Shown one piece after another: positions 34,716 to 45,776 of a stretch of 64,000 bases of DNA. The first letter of the stretch is position 1. Each line of letters begins with the position of its first letter. The notes beneath the pieces were generated by a model. It worked only from the letters and a program-made list of their open reading frames with translations. It had not been told where the DNA came from and made no database searches. Position numbers and translations under genes: made by a program. The stretch comes from Neophaeotheca triangularis (taxonomy: Eukaryota), in assembly GCA_054600435.1 (NCBI GenBank), contig BAAIJX010000018.1:186001-250000 (forward strand), given 5' to 3'.

Positions 34716-37700
34716 ATGTCGCGACGAAGCAACGAGGGCAGTGGGAGCTGGGGGCGACGTCGAAGTGGACTCTTCGCATTGACTTCGATTTCGTCGCAGT
34801 CGGATGCGCCGAGCAAGAAAGTCACAAAGAAGAAGAGCAGTGGGGACTCAGGCCCTCCCACTCCAATAGACGATGACATGCCTCCGGTCAGTGCTGCACC
34901 CAGCCACGATTCCGCTACCTTTTCGCGACCCGGTATAAGCATGAAGCGGAGTCTTAGGAGGTCTTCTGTCTTTGGTTCTCTCAAGGGTTCTCGCACCAAC
35001 CTCGCCAACGATAATGATACCGACGAGCCCTTGTCAGCAACTTCCAGCCGCGGCTCGCCCTCGATTCCATCTGGCGATGCGACATTGGAGAGCAGTGCGC
35101 CCTCACGCAATGTGATACTATATGGAGAGATTCAAACAAGCGGCGGTTTGCTCCGGAAGAAGCGCGAGTTCGTGGTCCTCAGCGACAGACATCTACATCG
35201 TTTCAAGAATCAGATCAAAGCTCATGATGTCTTCGATGCTGTGCCGCATCCTGTAGCGGGCCGTCCTGTGCGGCACACTTCTATGCCTTCGGCAGGCTCT
35301 AGTAATGATTTGCAGACTTTGGCATCCGATTCATCAGGCGAGAAAGATGGGCGTATCGCTTTGAGGCATGTGGTGGCTGTGCATCCGCCTGACGAGGTCA
35401 AGCCATACTTTGCGGTCGAGGTGTGCCATCTGGACGAGGAGACTGGACAAGCGGCGGCCCTGGCTTTGCAATTCAATAACCCAGAAGAGAGAGACTTATG
35501 GCTGAAGAATATACGACTCGCGGCGAATGAAGCGAGGTTACGAGATCACGTGGCTATCAATCAACACAATCTCGAGAATGCTGCGCGAATCGTGGAGAGG
35601 GATAACGATTACGATCCGGGGAACTGCGCGATCTTCAAGGTTGTTCAACGGCAGGGATTAAAGTCCAGCGGTCGCTCGTCAACCGATGATCTTTCCAAAG
35701 CTGCCTCCAACGTCTGCTTTCTGGTTATAGGAGTGCATAAAATGCACATCATTCAAGTGGTGAAAGCTGTTGCGAGAACATCCAGCCCTAGTCTTGCGCC
35801 GACGGCTTCTCAGAGCTCTTATGGTATTCTGACACTGACATCTGTCAAAGTAAGTCACACGGACGACACGTTTGAACTTACATTTCGGCAACCGCTGCAA
35901 CGCCCGCGACACCTGTATTTGGCTTCGTTGGCTTCGCACGAGATTGCTGCGCGCCTATATGCTGCCGACAATTTCCTCCGACCTGAAAGCACTACTAAAA
36001 TCTTCAAATGGAACGTTCCCTCTGAAGTGGAAGATCTTATACCTGCCCCAGCGCCACCCGACGCTCAAGAGCATGCTTGTCTGGATCGCACGATGATTGC
36101 TTATTGCATAGCTTACTGCGTCAATCCGAGCAACATACGCTATACCGTTCATTACACATGCGAAGATGCACCTCGCTTCGAGCTTCTACCTCCGGCCGAC
36201 GCAAGAAGACAGGAATACGGGCCATTGGATTGTCTGGCCATTATGCGGGCCTTGAGATACAACGAAACTTTTGGATCCATCTCATTCGCTGGTACTCAAT
36301 TGGATTGCCTCAATGGTCTGCACGATAACTATGGTTTTGAACATGTCTGCACGAAAACCAAGGGAGGCACGCCGATCAAACTTTCCGAAGGTGACCTGGG
36401 TCGATCTTGTTTGCTGGTGCAGGAAACGAGAGCCTTGGCCGCGACGAGCAAGAGATTGCGTCGCATGGACTTTTCAAACTGCGTGAGCCCGAAGCCTGCC
36501 CCTCCTATGAATGGTCCAGATGATGACCAATCTGCACACAAGGACATTGGTTGTGCAGTGGTTGAGGCTTTGTTCCCTCTTTGCAAGCATCAGACGACCA
36601 ACGTCGATTGGGTATGTCTCAATGGCATTCCGCTGACCGACACTGATTTGGACTATCTCGTTGGCGCCGCGGTTGAGAAGAGTTGTCACTTCCGTGCGAT
36701 CGAGCTGAACCGCTGCAGTCTGACGGACAGAAGTATGGGGCTGATTCTTGATGCTTTTCGTGCGCAAGACAATACCTTGGAGGCACTGTGTGTGGCTGGC
36801 AATACGGCACGTTTGAACCCGGTCAGTTTCGACAGTCAGCTTGGCATTTTCGGGTTCATTCGCAAACTCAACCTGTCTTATGTCTCGCGCACATCCGGTA
36901 ACGAACCTTTACTACAAGCAGAGACATTACTAATCTGGCGCTTGGAAGAGCTGCGGTTGTCTGGCACACCTCTAAACGAGGCAACCGTTGAGGCTGTAGC
37001 CACGTATCTTGCCTCTCCCCGAAGCGATGCCCTGCACGAGCTGTGCGTGGACCATTGTTATCTCTCGGGCTTGGATGTGGCTTTGCTGCTTCGCAGTATG
37101 ACCCGCGACTCCTTTTCGTTGACGCCCGGTTACGATGAACCGCGCAGCATCCACTTTGACATCAGCCAGAACCTCTTGTCAAAAGGCCTGGAAAAGGTGG
37201 TCAAATGCATCACCTCGGGCGCTGCGCCAACGCATTTGACGATGCGAGCGATCGAGTTTCGAGAAGAATCGCTCTTCCGCAAGATCCTCGGTGCTCTGGC
37301 AGTCAACCAGACGATCCAGTACCTTGACCTGTCCCAGACTGCGTTGCCCGGTGACGCATCTCCCGAGACGTGTTCAGCTCTCGAGCGAATGCTGGCCGAG
37401 AACGACCACCTGCTCGAACTTGACCTCAGCGGCGAAGACTCGAGATTAGCCACCAATCGCTTTGGTATTGGCATCAACACTGCCTTACTTGGCCTAGGCA
37501 AAAACAAGGCTCTACGTTCGTTCCGCATCGAAAAGCAGAGACTCGGTCTGCAAGGGAGCAGCACTCTCGCAGAAGTGTTGAAGATGAACAATGTCCTACG
37601 GGAACTTCACTGTGACAACAACGAGATACCATTGCAAGGGTTGACAGATCTAATCAATAGCCTTCTGGAAAACACCACCCTCATACACCTTCCTCCCATG

Positions 37701-38885
37701 AACGACGGACGAGCCGCAGCCTTTCGCTCAGCAGAAGCAACAATGCGCGGCATGTCTGACATGCCCTCCTCACCAATCCGAGCGCCACGGAGCCCACCGC
37801 CTTCGCGAGAAAAAAAGTACTCAAACCTCACGAACTCTGGTTCCACCATGCGTCGCGGCTTAGCAAGCGTACGAAAGAGCGCTTCTCGAACAGCGTCCGG
37901 CCTTCCTTCCACCTCAGCCTTCTCGCGGTCCGCTTCCTCTTCTCCCACCTCCGCCGCTTCCCCTTTCGCCAAACCTCCCCGCCATTCAACCAGCAGCCCC
38001 CTCTCTTTCAACCTCAACCTCTCGTCTCCCTCTCGCCGTGGGAGCAGAATCGGCATCGACGGCCCCTCTCCTGCAGCTGCTCCAACTGCGGGCACAACAT
38101 TCACCCCGCAAGACATTCGCACCACCCACCTCGTGCTAACCGAACAATGGGACCGCCAAGTCTCCCGCTTGCATCAATATCTCGACCGTAATTGGTGCTT
38201 ACTGCATGGCCTGGACCCTGATGGTGCTGAGCCGCTCGAAGAAACCAATGCCGCCGCAGCGGACGGCGGAAACTGCGAAGAAGACCACTGGGACCGGCCC
38301 GAATCGGTGGGAAGTCTGGGCAAAGTGCTCGCGCAGGTGAAGTCTGATACTACGCCCCGGGCCGAAAGGAATCTATACTTCGACGGCTCGACGGCTGCGG
38401 AGATGGCGATTGTCGGAGGGAGGGAAGAGGGCGCGGAAGAGGATGAGCGGGATCAGAGGGATAGTGGGGTGGAAGTGCAAACAAGGAAGGAAGTTGGGCA
38501 GGGAGAAGCACAGGACGTGCCAAAGGGTCAACGACAGCAACAGCAGCCACGACAACCATCGGGTTCGTTCTCCAGAGACGAAGGTTTCAGGCGCTGGCTC
38601 TTGCATTCGGAACAAGATGACGATGACGAGGATGAAGAAGACGAAGCAAGCAGCAGCAGCAGCAGCAGCAGCAGCACTTCCTCCTCAGACGACGAAAGTA
38701 CCCCGCACGCCGCCGGTATCGGGCTGGGCTACGACCGTTCCCGTAGGTTGAGGCTTACTATCGATACTTTCAACACGCCATCAAGTTCGGGTTCACCAGC
38801 TGGCGGTAGTGCGGGCGGCAGTGCGGGCAGTGCTAGGGAGGGCGAAGCGACGACGCCCAAACAGGGGGCGTTTTCCATGGACTAG
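34716..38885 (+). CDS. PH-like plus leucine-rich-repeat (RNI-like) protein
   Basis: PH-like N-terminal region (KKREFVVLSD..ERDLWLKNIR); LRR-like segments (LEELRLSG, IQYLDLSQ, LLELDLSG, LRELHCDNN); poly-Ser/acidic tail. Confidence 0.85.
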   Translation: MSRRSNEGSGSWGRRRSGLFALTSISSQSDAPSKKVTKKKSSGDSGPPTPIDDDMPPVSAAPSHDSATFSRPGISMKRSLRRSSVFGSLKGSRTNLANDNDTDEPLSATSSRGSPSIPSGDATLESSAPSRNVILYGEIQTSGGLLRKKREFVVLSDRHLHRFKNQIKAHDVFDAVPHPVAGRPVRHTSMPSAGSSNDLQTLASDSSGEKDGRIALRHVVAVHPPDEVKPYFAVEVCHLDEETGQAAALALQFNNPEERDLWLKNIRLAANEARLRDHVAINQHNLENAARIVERDNDYDPGNCAIFKVVQRQGLKSSGRSSTDDLSKAASNVCFLVIGVHKMHIIQVVKAVARTSSPSLAPTASQSSYGILTLTSVKVSHTDDTFELTFRQPLQRPRHLYLASLASHEIAARLYAADNFLRPESTTKIFKWNVPSEVEDLIPAPAPPDAQEHACLDRTMIAYCIAYCVNPSNIRYTVHYTCEDAPRFELLPPADARRQEYGPLDCLAIMRALRYNETFGSISFAGTQLDCLNGLHDNYGFEHVCTKTKGGTPIKLSEGDLGRSCLLVQETRALAATSKRLRRMDFSNCVSPKPAPPMNGPDDDQSAHKDIGCAVVEALFPLCKHQTTNVDWVCLNGIPLTDTDLDYLVGAAVEKSCHFRAIELNRCSLTDRSMGLILDAFRAQDNTLEALCVAGNTARLNPVSFDSQLGIFGFIRKLNLSYVSRTSGNEPLLQAETLLIWRLEELRLSGTPLNEATVEAVATYLASPRSDALHELCVDHCYLSGLDVALLLRSMTRDSFSLTPGYDEPRSIHFDISQNLLSKGLEKVVKCITSGAAPTHLTMRAIEFREESLFRKILGALAVNQTIQYLDLSQTALPGDASPETCSALERMLAENDHLLELDLSGEDSRLATNRFGIGINTALLGLGKNKALRSFRIEKQRLGLQGSSTLAEVLKMNNVLRELHCDNNEIPLQGLTDLINSLLENTTLIHLPPMNDGRAAAFRSAEATMRGMSDMPSSPIRAPRSPPPSREKKYSNLTNSGSTMRRGLASVRKSASRTASGLPSTSAFSRSASSSPTSAASPFAKPPRHSTSSPLSFNLNLSSPSRRGSRIGIDGPSPAAAPTAGTTFTPQDIRTTHLVLTEQWDRQVSRLHQYLDRNWCLLHGLDPDGAEPLEETNAAAADGGNCEEDHWDRPESVGSLGKVLAQVKSDTTPRAERNLYFDGSTAAEMAIVGGREEGAEEDERDQRDSGVEVQTRKEVGQGEAQDVPKGQRQQQQPRQPSGSFSRDEGFRRWLLHSEQDDDDEDEEDEASSSSSSSSSTSSSDDESTPHAAGIGLGYDRSRRLRLTIDTFNTPSSSGSPAGGSAGGSAGSAREGEATTPKQGAFSMD
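38647..38675 (+). repeat. (AGC)n coding microsatellite (poly-Ser)
   Basis: About 9 AGC units within the LRR gene. Confidence 0.85.
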
Positions 38886-39924
38886 TTCTGGTCTGTGTGG
38901 TGGGGAGGATTGCAAGGGTTGTACATATCGTACAGAAGATATTCTTATCATGGGCGTTTCTTTTTGGGGTGAGAGGGTGGATCGAGATACCAGCGCTATA
39001 CAGCCGCATTTGAAAGAAGGGGTCGGAAAAGCTTTTCTTCGAGAATGAGGGAAGATCACGTCGGGATTTGGGTAGGCCGGGGGATGCTATGCTGGAGGAT
39101 GCTCGGCATAGGTGACGGTCTTGTGACGCCTTGGACGTTTTTCTGGGATGGGCTTGAACTGGGTAGGCCAGTGACGAAATGAGTTGGGGGGTTGGCACAG
39201 TGGTAAAGCTTAGGTTTTGCGCATCGTTGTACCAAAGGGCACGGCGAGGTGTCCAATCTAGAAATCCATGTATATCTTGCTCCGAGTTTGTACTTTTGTC
39301 TACACTTTCTCCCCGACGATGCGTGCGGGTGAAGACGGACATAATTTTCTACCGAGGAGAGGAAAAGACTAAAAGAGAGGGAGGAAAGACGTGGACGTAC
39401 TAGTACACCTCGGGGCTCGGTGAGGGTGGCTGTGGCTGTTGGGGGGGAAATCTGGGCTGAGAACGTAAGTGGCAAGGTGAAGCGTCGATTTTGGGTGCGC
39501 GGGTTATGCAAGTGCGAGGGACTGGGTAAGGTAGGTAGGTAGGTAGGTAGGCAGTCGAACACAGGCGCGTGGTGGGAGGGGGGAGGGAGACTGTGGAAGT
39601 TGAAAGTAAGGCCTTTTGTTTTTTCATTCTTCATAATGTCGTGAGCCGCTAGGTACAAGAAAAGAACAGAAAAAAAAGGAAAAAAAGATAGGGGGTATCA
39701 AGAAATCGTCCAAGCCAGCCAGAGTAACCCGTCCATCTCCCTCGCTCCCAATCATACAAACACCCTCTCCCTTCGCCCCTGGAATCTACGCGAATCCCAG
39801 CTTCCCCCAAGACAATAACAAGCCAATTCACTGCCACCTTGCCCTCCACTCCCTTCCCCGCAAAACAACACCAACACCGACACCGACACCGCCACCACCA
39901 CCGAAAAGAAGACCCCCCAAACCC

Positions 39925-42459
39925 TCAAATCCACCCCGCCTCTCCTAAAACCCTCTGAACCTCCCTCCCCTTCAAACCCCCTTGAACGCCCCCAACCGCC
40001 ACAACCGAGTCCCTCGCGCCCTCAATCTCAAACCCCGTCGTCGTCGGCGTCTTCATCTTCGCCGTCCCCAAAGGCGCGAGCAGGAAACCCGGTCGACTGC
40101 CGGAGGAGCGGGCGCGGTTGTTGGGGGTCGCGGAGCGCGAGCGCTGGAGATTGCGGGGGGCGGAGGGGGTTGCGGCGCGGTCGCCGGGGGTTTGGGGACG
40201 GTGGGCCGGGAGGAGGAAGTAGGAGGATGAGGGGCGGGGGTGGCTTGGTTCCTGTTGCGGCGCGGGTGCCGAGGGAGGCGGGTGTGAGGAGTAGGGGCGA
40301 GCGGGTGCCAGCGGGATGGGTGGGGAAATTGTGCTCTTGTCGATGGTGCTGCCGCTGGTGGTGTTGGTGGTTGTGTTTGTGGTCGTGGTGTTGGAGAGGG
40401 ATTTGCTGCGTTTGTGGCTGCGGATATTGTGGCTCGCTCTGCTCGAGTCGCTGCTGCCGGCCGTGAGCTCTGGGGTGCAGGTTAGAGAGGGTGTGAGGGT
40501 GGGGTTTCGGACCGCGAGCGTCGAGCGTCGCGAAGGCCAGTACGTGTTGGAGAGGCGGCTGAAATTTTCGTACGAGCCGTAGGAGCTGGACTTGCGGTGT
40601 TTGGAGCCGCCCGGGCGGACGGATTCGGGGTCGCTGAGGTAGTCGGAGTTGCTGCCGTCGAAGTTGGGGAAGTGCAAGTTGGTGGGGGTGAATGGGCTGG
40701 GTTGGGGTGCTTCATTTCTGTGGATGCTAGAGATTGGACTGAGCGGGACGAGGGATGATGGGTTCTCGGGGATTGTAAGAGTGTTGGCTCCAATCTTCTC
40801 ACGAGAGTCTTTGCGCGCTGCCGCGAAGCCTCTGTGGCCTACTGATTGGCGCGTTCGGATTTGTGGGTGAGGACGCGGTGACATGGAGTCGTCGCTGGGT
40901 GCTGAGCTCAAGTGCGCCGAGGAGCGGTCAGAGGGGGGTATGGGTAGAGCTATCCACTTCGACGAGCGGACCCCGCCAACACTCTCGATAGACGGCGAAA
41001 GGGATATCCTCTCACTCGGCGGCGGATGGTCCCAGTCAAAGTTACACGTCGACTCGGCAGCCTGCTCGTAGCAAAAATCGACGTCATCCTGCCAAGATGG
41101 ATCGGAAGCGATGCTGGGGCGGTTACTTTCGGAAATGATAGAAACAACCTGCGAAGCTCGCATCGACCTAGTCATTCTTCGCGAGTCTCGTGCAAAGTCG
41201 CTGGCAGAGTTTGTTGACCCTTGTGATCGTGTTTTGAGTTTGGTAGATACCAGGGAATTCCTCGAGGAAGCTTCCGAGGTAGCGTGCGGCGGTAATGGTG
41301 GCAGCGGTTGTCTCGCACGTTCCTGCATTTCATGCGTCCGTCGAGTTACGAACGCTTCGCCATCCTCGTTGACCGCGTCGAGGGGTGGATGAGCCTGCTC
41401 GCCTTCTGTTTCTTCGGCAATTGAGGGCTCGACCGGGTCATCCGCAGTCGAGGGTGCTTCGACTAGAGGTTCGTTGGGATTAGTGGTTCCCCGACTGCGA
41501 TTCTTAAAGTCGGCCAGGGCACCCAACGAGGACTGACGTTTTGGATGCCATGACTGCTCTTGGCGAGTAGGCAACGGCGAAGGGGTTCTAGTTGCACGGT
41601 CCTCAGCCTCTGTTTGAGGGGGAGCCTCGCCAACATCACCTGCTCCATCGTCGTTTGATTGTTCGAGTTGACTGGGCGCTTTGAACCAATTACGAGATGC
41701 GCGCGCTGACTGCGATGTGCTGGGTCTAGCGGTCGGTGATGCAGTGGGATAATCTGCTTCCTTTTGCTTGACGTCGAGGTCATCGGCCACAATACCGTTG
41801 AGATGTCTTTTCGGGGATTGATACGCCGAGGCGGCCCAGAAGTCTTTGGTGAGCTGCTTCTCGTCTACCGTGTCTAGGCGAGGGACTTGATGGCGACCAG
41901 TGTGTGAGATGTGCTGAAAATTGAACGGCAGTGAGATGGGAGCGTTCTTGTAGGCTGGCATCAGGTTAGCATCTGATGCCGGTTCAAGGCAAACGTCTCG
42001 CGACGAGATGTACTTACATTCCGCGCATGACGTTCGGGCTCTACTATTTCGCATTGAGAGGCTACTCGAAGGCCTGTTCAACATGGGTTCGGGCTCCCCG
42101 TCAAAATTCCAACTGTCCTTTGCCCTTCTCGTCTTTTCAAAGAAAGACTTGCGCCATCGATGTAATGCGCCAGGCTCGGTATTGCTCCTGCGATTCGGGC
42201 CGGCAGCACTTGCTGGCCTCGTGAGTTGCTCGTCGGGTGTGACAGAGTTGGAATGCTGCCGATTCGCGTTGAGCGTCCATTGCATGCCGGTCAGAGCTGA
42301 TTTTGAACGTCCGAAGATGGAATGGCGCCGGGATAGGCTATCGGTATCTGAGGATGGTAGGCGTGGCGGGTCAAAGAATTCTGGTCGGGGTGAGATTGAG
42401 GGTGAGGTTGCGCCTGATGCCGAAGCCATCTCGACAACGGGCTCCCCACGAGACAGCAT
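39925..42459 (-). CDS. CRIB/PBD-domain protein (putative Cdc42/Rac effector); probable 63-nt intron 42017-41955
   Basis: ISLPFNFQHISH CRIB motif; GTAAGT..GCTAAC..CCAG intron just upstream of it; remainder S/P/R-rich. Confidence 0.82.
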   Translation of the reverse strand: MLSRGEPVVEMASASGATSPSISPRPEFFDPPRLPSSDTDSLSRRHSIFGRSKSALTGMQWTLNANRQHSNSVTPDEQLTRPASAAGPNRRSNTEPGALHRWRKSFFEKTRRAKDSWNFDGEPEPMLNRPSSSLSMRNSRARTSCAECKYISSRDVCLEPASDANLMPAYKNAPISLPFNFQHISHTGRHQVPRLDTVDEKQLTKDFWAASAYQSPKRHLNGIVADDLDVKQKEADYPTASPTARPSTSQSARASRNWFKAPSQLEQSNDDGAGDVGEAPPQTEAEDRATRTPSPLPTRQEQSWHPKRQSSLGALADFKNRSRGTTNPNEPLVEAPSTADDPVEPSIAEETEGEQAHPPLDAVNEDGEAFVTRRTHEMQERARQPLPPLPPHATSEASSRNSLVSTKLKTRSQGSTNSASDFARDSRRMTRSMRASQVVSIISESNRPSIASDPSWQDDVDFCYEQAAESTCNFDWDHPPPSERISLSPSIESVGGVRSSKWIALPIPPSDRSSAHLSSAPSDDSMSPRPHPQIRTRQSVGHRGFAAARKDSREKIGANTLTIPENPSSLVPLSPISSIHRNEAPQPSPFTPTNLHFPNFDGSNSDYLSDPESVRPGGSKHRKSSSYGSYENFSRLSNTYWPSRRSTLAVRNPTLTPSLTCTPELTAGSSDSSRASHNIRSHKRSKSLSNTTTTNTTTNTTSGSTIDKSTISPPIPLAPARPYSSHPPPSAPAPQQEPSHPRPSSSYFLLPAHRPQTPGDRAATPSAPRNLQRSRSATPNNRARSSGSRPGFLLAPLGTAKMKTPTTTGFEIEGARDSVVAVGGVQGGLKGREVQRVLGEAGWI

Positions 42460-42767
42460 CTTTGATGTGTACCGTCTCTGCTTTGGTGTGTAGTTTCAGG
42501 GCGACGTCGTGTCCATGGTCCGAGGTTCTGCAGGAAGCAAGTGACGGCGTGGAGACGACCCTTTCAACAATAATAACGATAATGCAGAGGAAGTAGTGAA
42601 GAGCGAGCAGAATACCCAGGGTGGTTTACACAAGAGAAGAAGAAGGTGGCGCAAGACGATGTTGTGCGAGCCAAAACCTGACTAGTCGGGGTGAAGAGAG
42701 AGAGATGGAGAGAAGAGAGAGGTGAAGCACTGATGATTACTACTAGTAGTTAGTACTACTAAAGAGG

Positions 42768-42807
42768 TAATAATAATAATAATAATAAAAATAATAAAGA
42801 TAATAAT
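42768..42807. repeat. (TAA)n imperfect microsatellite
   Basis: TAATAATAA... run. Confidence 0.85.
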
Positions 42808-43489
42808 GGAGAAGGGCAAGGATCATGGGGAGCATGTCGCATCTGCAGGCAGTAGTAGTAGTAGTTAGTAGTGCTAGATTGGTCTTTTTTCATGCAGGTA
42901 CAAGGTAATGGTAGAGGTTAAATGGCATAATCGACATGGACATGGATCATGGTCACTACTACCTCCTACTACCAGGTAAAGTACTCATCATTAGGCGTAC
43001 GCTGCCCTGCGCGGCGTGACAAAGCATCATTTAAGACTTCTGAGTATTACGTGCCACTTGAAAAAAGTGATGAATCGCGCAAACATCTTTCGTCGAAGAT
43101 TCATGATATTATAACCTGAAAGGTATCATGCAGACGGCAAAGAGCATCATCATTAATAAGTTATCATTATTGCCATTTCTTGGGAACAGTTCAGCCTTCC
43201 GCTCTAGGCAGAAAGTAACCGTGGTCTTTCTTTTCTTGGGCTTTCGCCAAACGCGTGTGCAGCGTGCAGCGTGCCACAAAGGTCCACGGAATTGGAATAG
43301 GTGCTCCTCAGTATCAAGGGGAACCCCTGTTGTCGTGGAGAGCAGGAGTGAAGACGTTGAAAGCTTGCCGGTTAAGGTTCAATCGGATGACCGAGGCGTT
43401 TTTGCTGTTCTGTGCCGTTGGCTGGTTTCTCGTGAGCAGATGATGGTTCGAGGAAACAGGGTCAAAGTGAGATAGGGTGAGATTGAATG

Positions 43490-43588
43490 GTAGGTAGATG
43501 GTAGGTGGATGGTAGGTGGATGGTAGGTAGGAGGTAGGAGGTAGTAGAGTAGTAGAGCAGTAGAGTAGTAGCAATAATAGTAGTAGTA
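43490..43588. repeat. GGTA/GTAG/GGAT low-complexity repeat tract
   Basis: gtaggtagatggtaggtggatggtagg...agtagtag. Confidence 0.75.
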
Positions 43589-43961
43589 AAGGGAAGCAAG
43601 CGCGGGTCACGACTCTCTACAGCCGAGTGGGATTTCATTCCATTATTGCCAAGTCCGACCGGCGACCGGGTTTGAACCAAACCCAATACCTTACCTTATA
43701 CCACCGCCGGGACAACACCCGCAAACTTTGATGAAACACATTCAATAATAATTAATTCAATAAGAATGATCAATTGTCTTTACCGCTAACCTTGGGTACC
43801 TCGCACGATTAATTACCGCCTCTTAAAGAGGGAGCTGCAACATCTAACCTTGAACCCCAATCTGATCACGCCCGGCATATTGGTCAAGTTGGTACCGACC
43901 GTATGTATCGGCTAGAACTCTTGCATGGCAACCTTGCAGTGTCCTACAAAAGCAGTTGATG

Positions 43962-43964
<3 letters not shown>

Positions 43965-44008
<44 letters not shown>

Positions 44009-44013
44009 CATTA
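43965..44013. repeat. (TAT)n microsatellite
   Basis: About 15 units. Confidence 0.92.
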
Positions 44014-45776
44014 CCCGCACGCACTCGTCCCACGCGACACACTACTACCTTACTAACTTACCACTACATACACGTCCTGTATAAGTTAAAAGCGGCCACG
44101 CGCTTCGAAAGGCGGCAGAAATCAGGTATCGAGTGCCACTACTACTCATAGCAAATGTGCTACCATATATACCTGAAACACTTGTTCACAATAATGTCAA
44201 TTGTCATCTACCGGCAGGAGTAGTAATAAACATGTAGCACAGCACTCCATTTTACAAAAACACCCCTACACCGACACTTTACCCCGAATCCTGAAACACT
44301 TTCCCTCCGACATCTCCTCGATCCTTAAGGTAGAACCATCTTCTACCAGGTTTACCACCTACCTCACCTACTAAAGCAACGGGACGGAACGGAATATCGT
44401 TAACCTCCCCAACACCAACTCATCGAATTCTTCCCCCCTCCCCAAACCAAGCGCTCATACTACCCCCAACCCAAAAAAGCCCACACAAGTCAACAAGCTA
44501 CTACCTACTACCTATCGTAGGCTCTAACATCACAAAAACCCCTCCAGGCTAGCCCTACCACCACCAAAACCCCCGCCAAAACCTCTCGAGTCGCGAGCCA
44601 TGATTCGCGGCCCGTGAATCGTCAATCGTCAATCGTCACCTACCGTAAGTCTAAAACAAAAAAAGAAACCCTCACAGCCCTCAAACCAACCGTTTAACCA
44701 CCTAACGGTCCTAACGTCACAGCCAGGCAGACTATACAATAATAGCTAGCTAGCTAAACACCCAAAACAGGCGGGCCACATAGGCGCACACGACTCCAAA
44801 AAAAAAAAAACCCCCGCATTGTTGTTGTCATCTATCATTTTATTTATCAAGCGACGGGAAACCACCAACCTTACCTAAACCCCCTCCACTCCCGTCGTCT
44901 ACCGCGCTTACCGCGAGCCCGAACTCCCTCCTCCACGGACGGGGCCACGAGTGTTTCAAGAAACCCCAAGCATCGGGTCTTTACTCGATAGCATCATCAT
45001 TGTCCTTTTTTTTTTTTTTTTTTGAGCCAGCCCAGCACAGCGCAGCCCAGCCCAGCATACGTGCATGCAAGCTTGCGGAACAGGACGCCCGGCCGAGATG
45101 GAATTGGTAAGGGTATCAATCACCATGAGCAGTAACTACAAGCAGTAAACATCAATAAGCAGCACCACAACGACGAAAGTCTTTCTTAACGGCTGGCTGG
45201 CACTACTACGACTCGACTCGACCCTGTCACTGGTAATCGGGGTCGGTAATCGCGGTACTTTGATTTTCCTTTCACTTCTCTTCTCTTCTTTTCCCCTTTT
45301 TCTTTCTTTTTTTCTCGCCTTCTTTCTTTCCCGCGATCCGATTCGTCCCGGTACTTGCGGTTTTGTTACACTCTCGGTAGTCTGGATTGCATGGCTTTTC
45401 GGGCGAAGGGGGAGGGCTGTGGTGGGTTGGTTTTTCTGGCTTCCAGGGGTCGGGTGAAGGGGGTTGGATTTGATGGGCGAGGCTTGGATTGGTGTGGGTA
45501 GGTGGGTAGGTGGGTAGGTAGACAGGTAGGCAGGTAGGCAGATAGGCTGGTAAGCGGTTATGAGGGAGGTAGTTGTGAGGGACGTGTGCAGCATCACAAC
45601 ATGAGACCAGTAGGTAGGCAGACGTTGTTGATATTCACGGGTATGCCAACTTTGTCGACTCGGGCAGATAGACTCATAGGTACCTCCCAAGGAAAAAAGG
45701 ACCTCGACACACAGCCAGAAACACACACACACCTAGCTCGCAAGCACCTTCACTATACCTCCCATCCCCTCAAAAC

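Noticed and set aside
43067..43119. Possible C/D snoRNA (GTGATGA..CTGA)
   Set aside because: Very short, with no terminal stem or recognisable rRNA guide.
45136..45732. 198-aa ORF in the intergenic region (similarly 39056-39658)
   Set aside because: Translation of microsatellite/low-complexity DNA with a non-ATG start.
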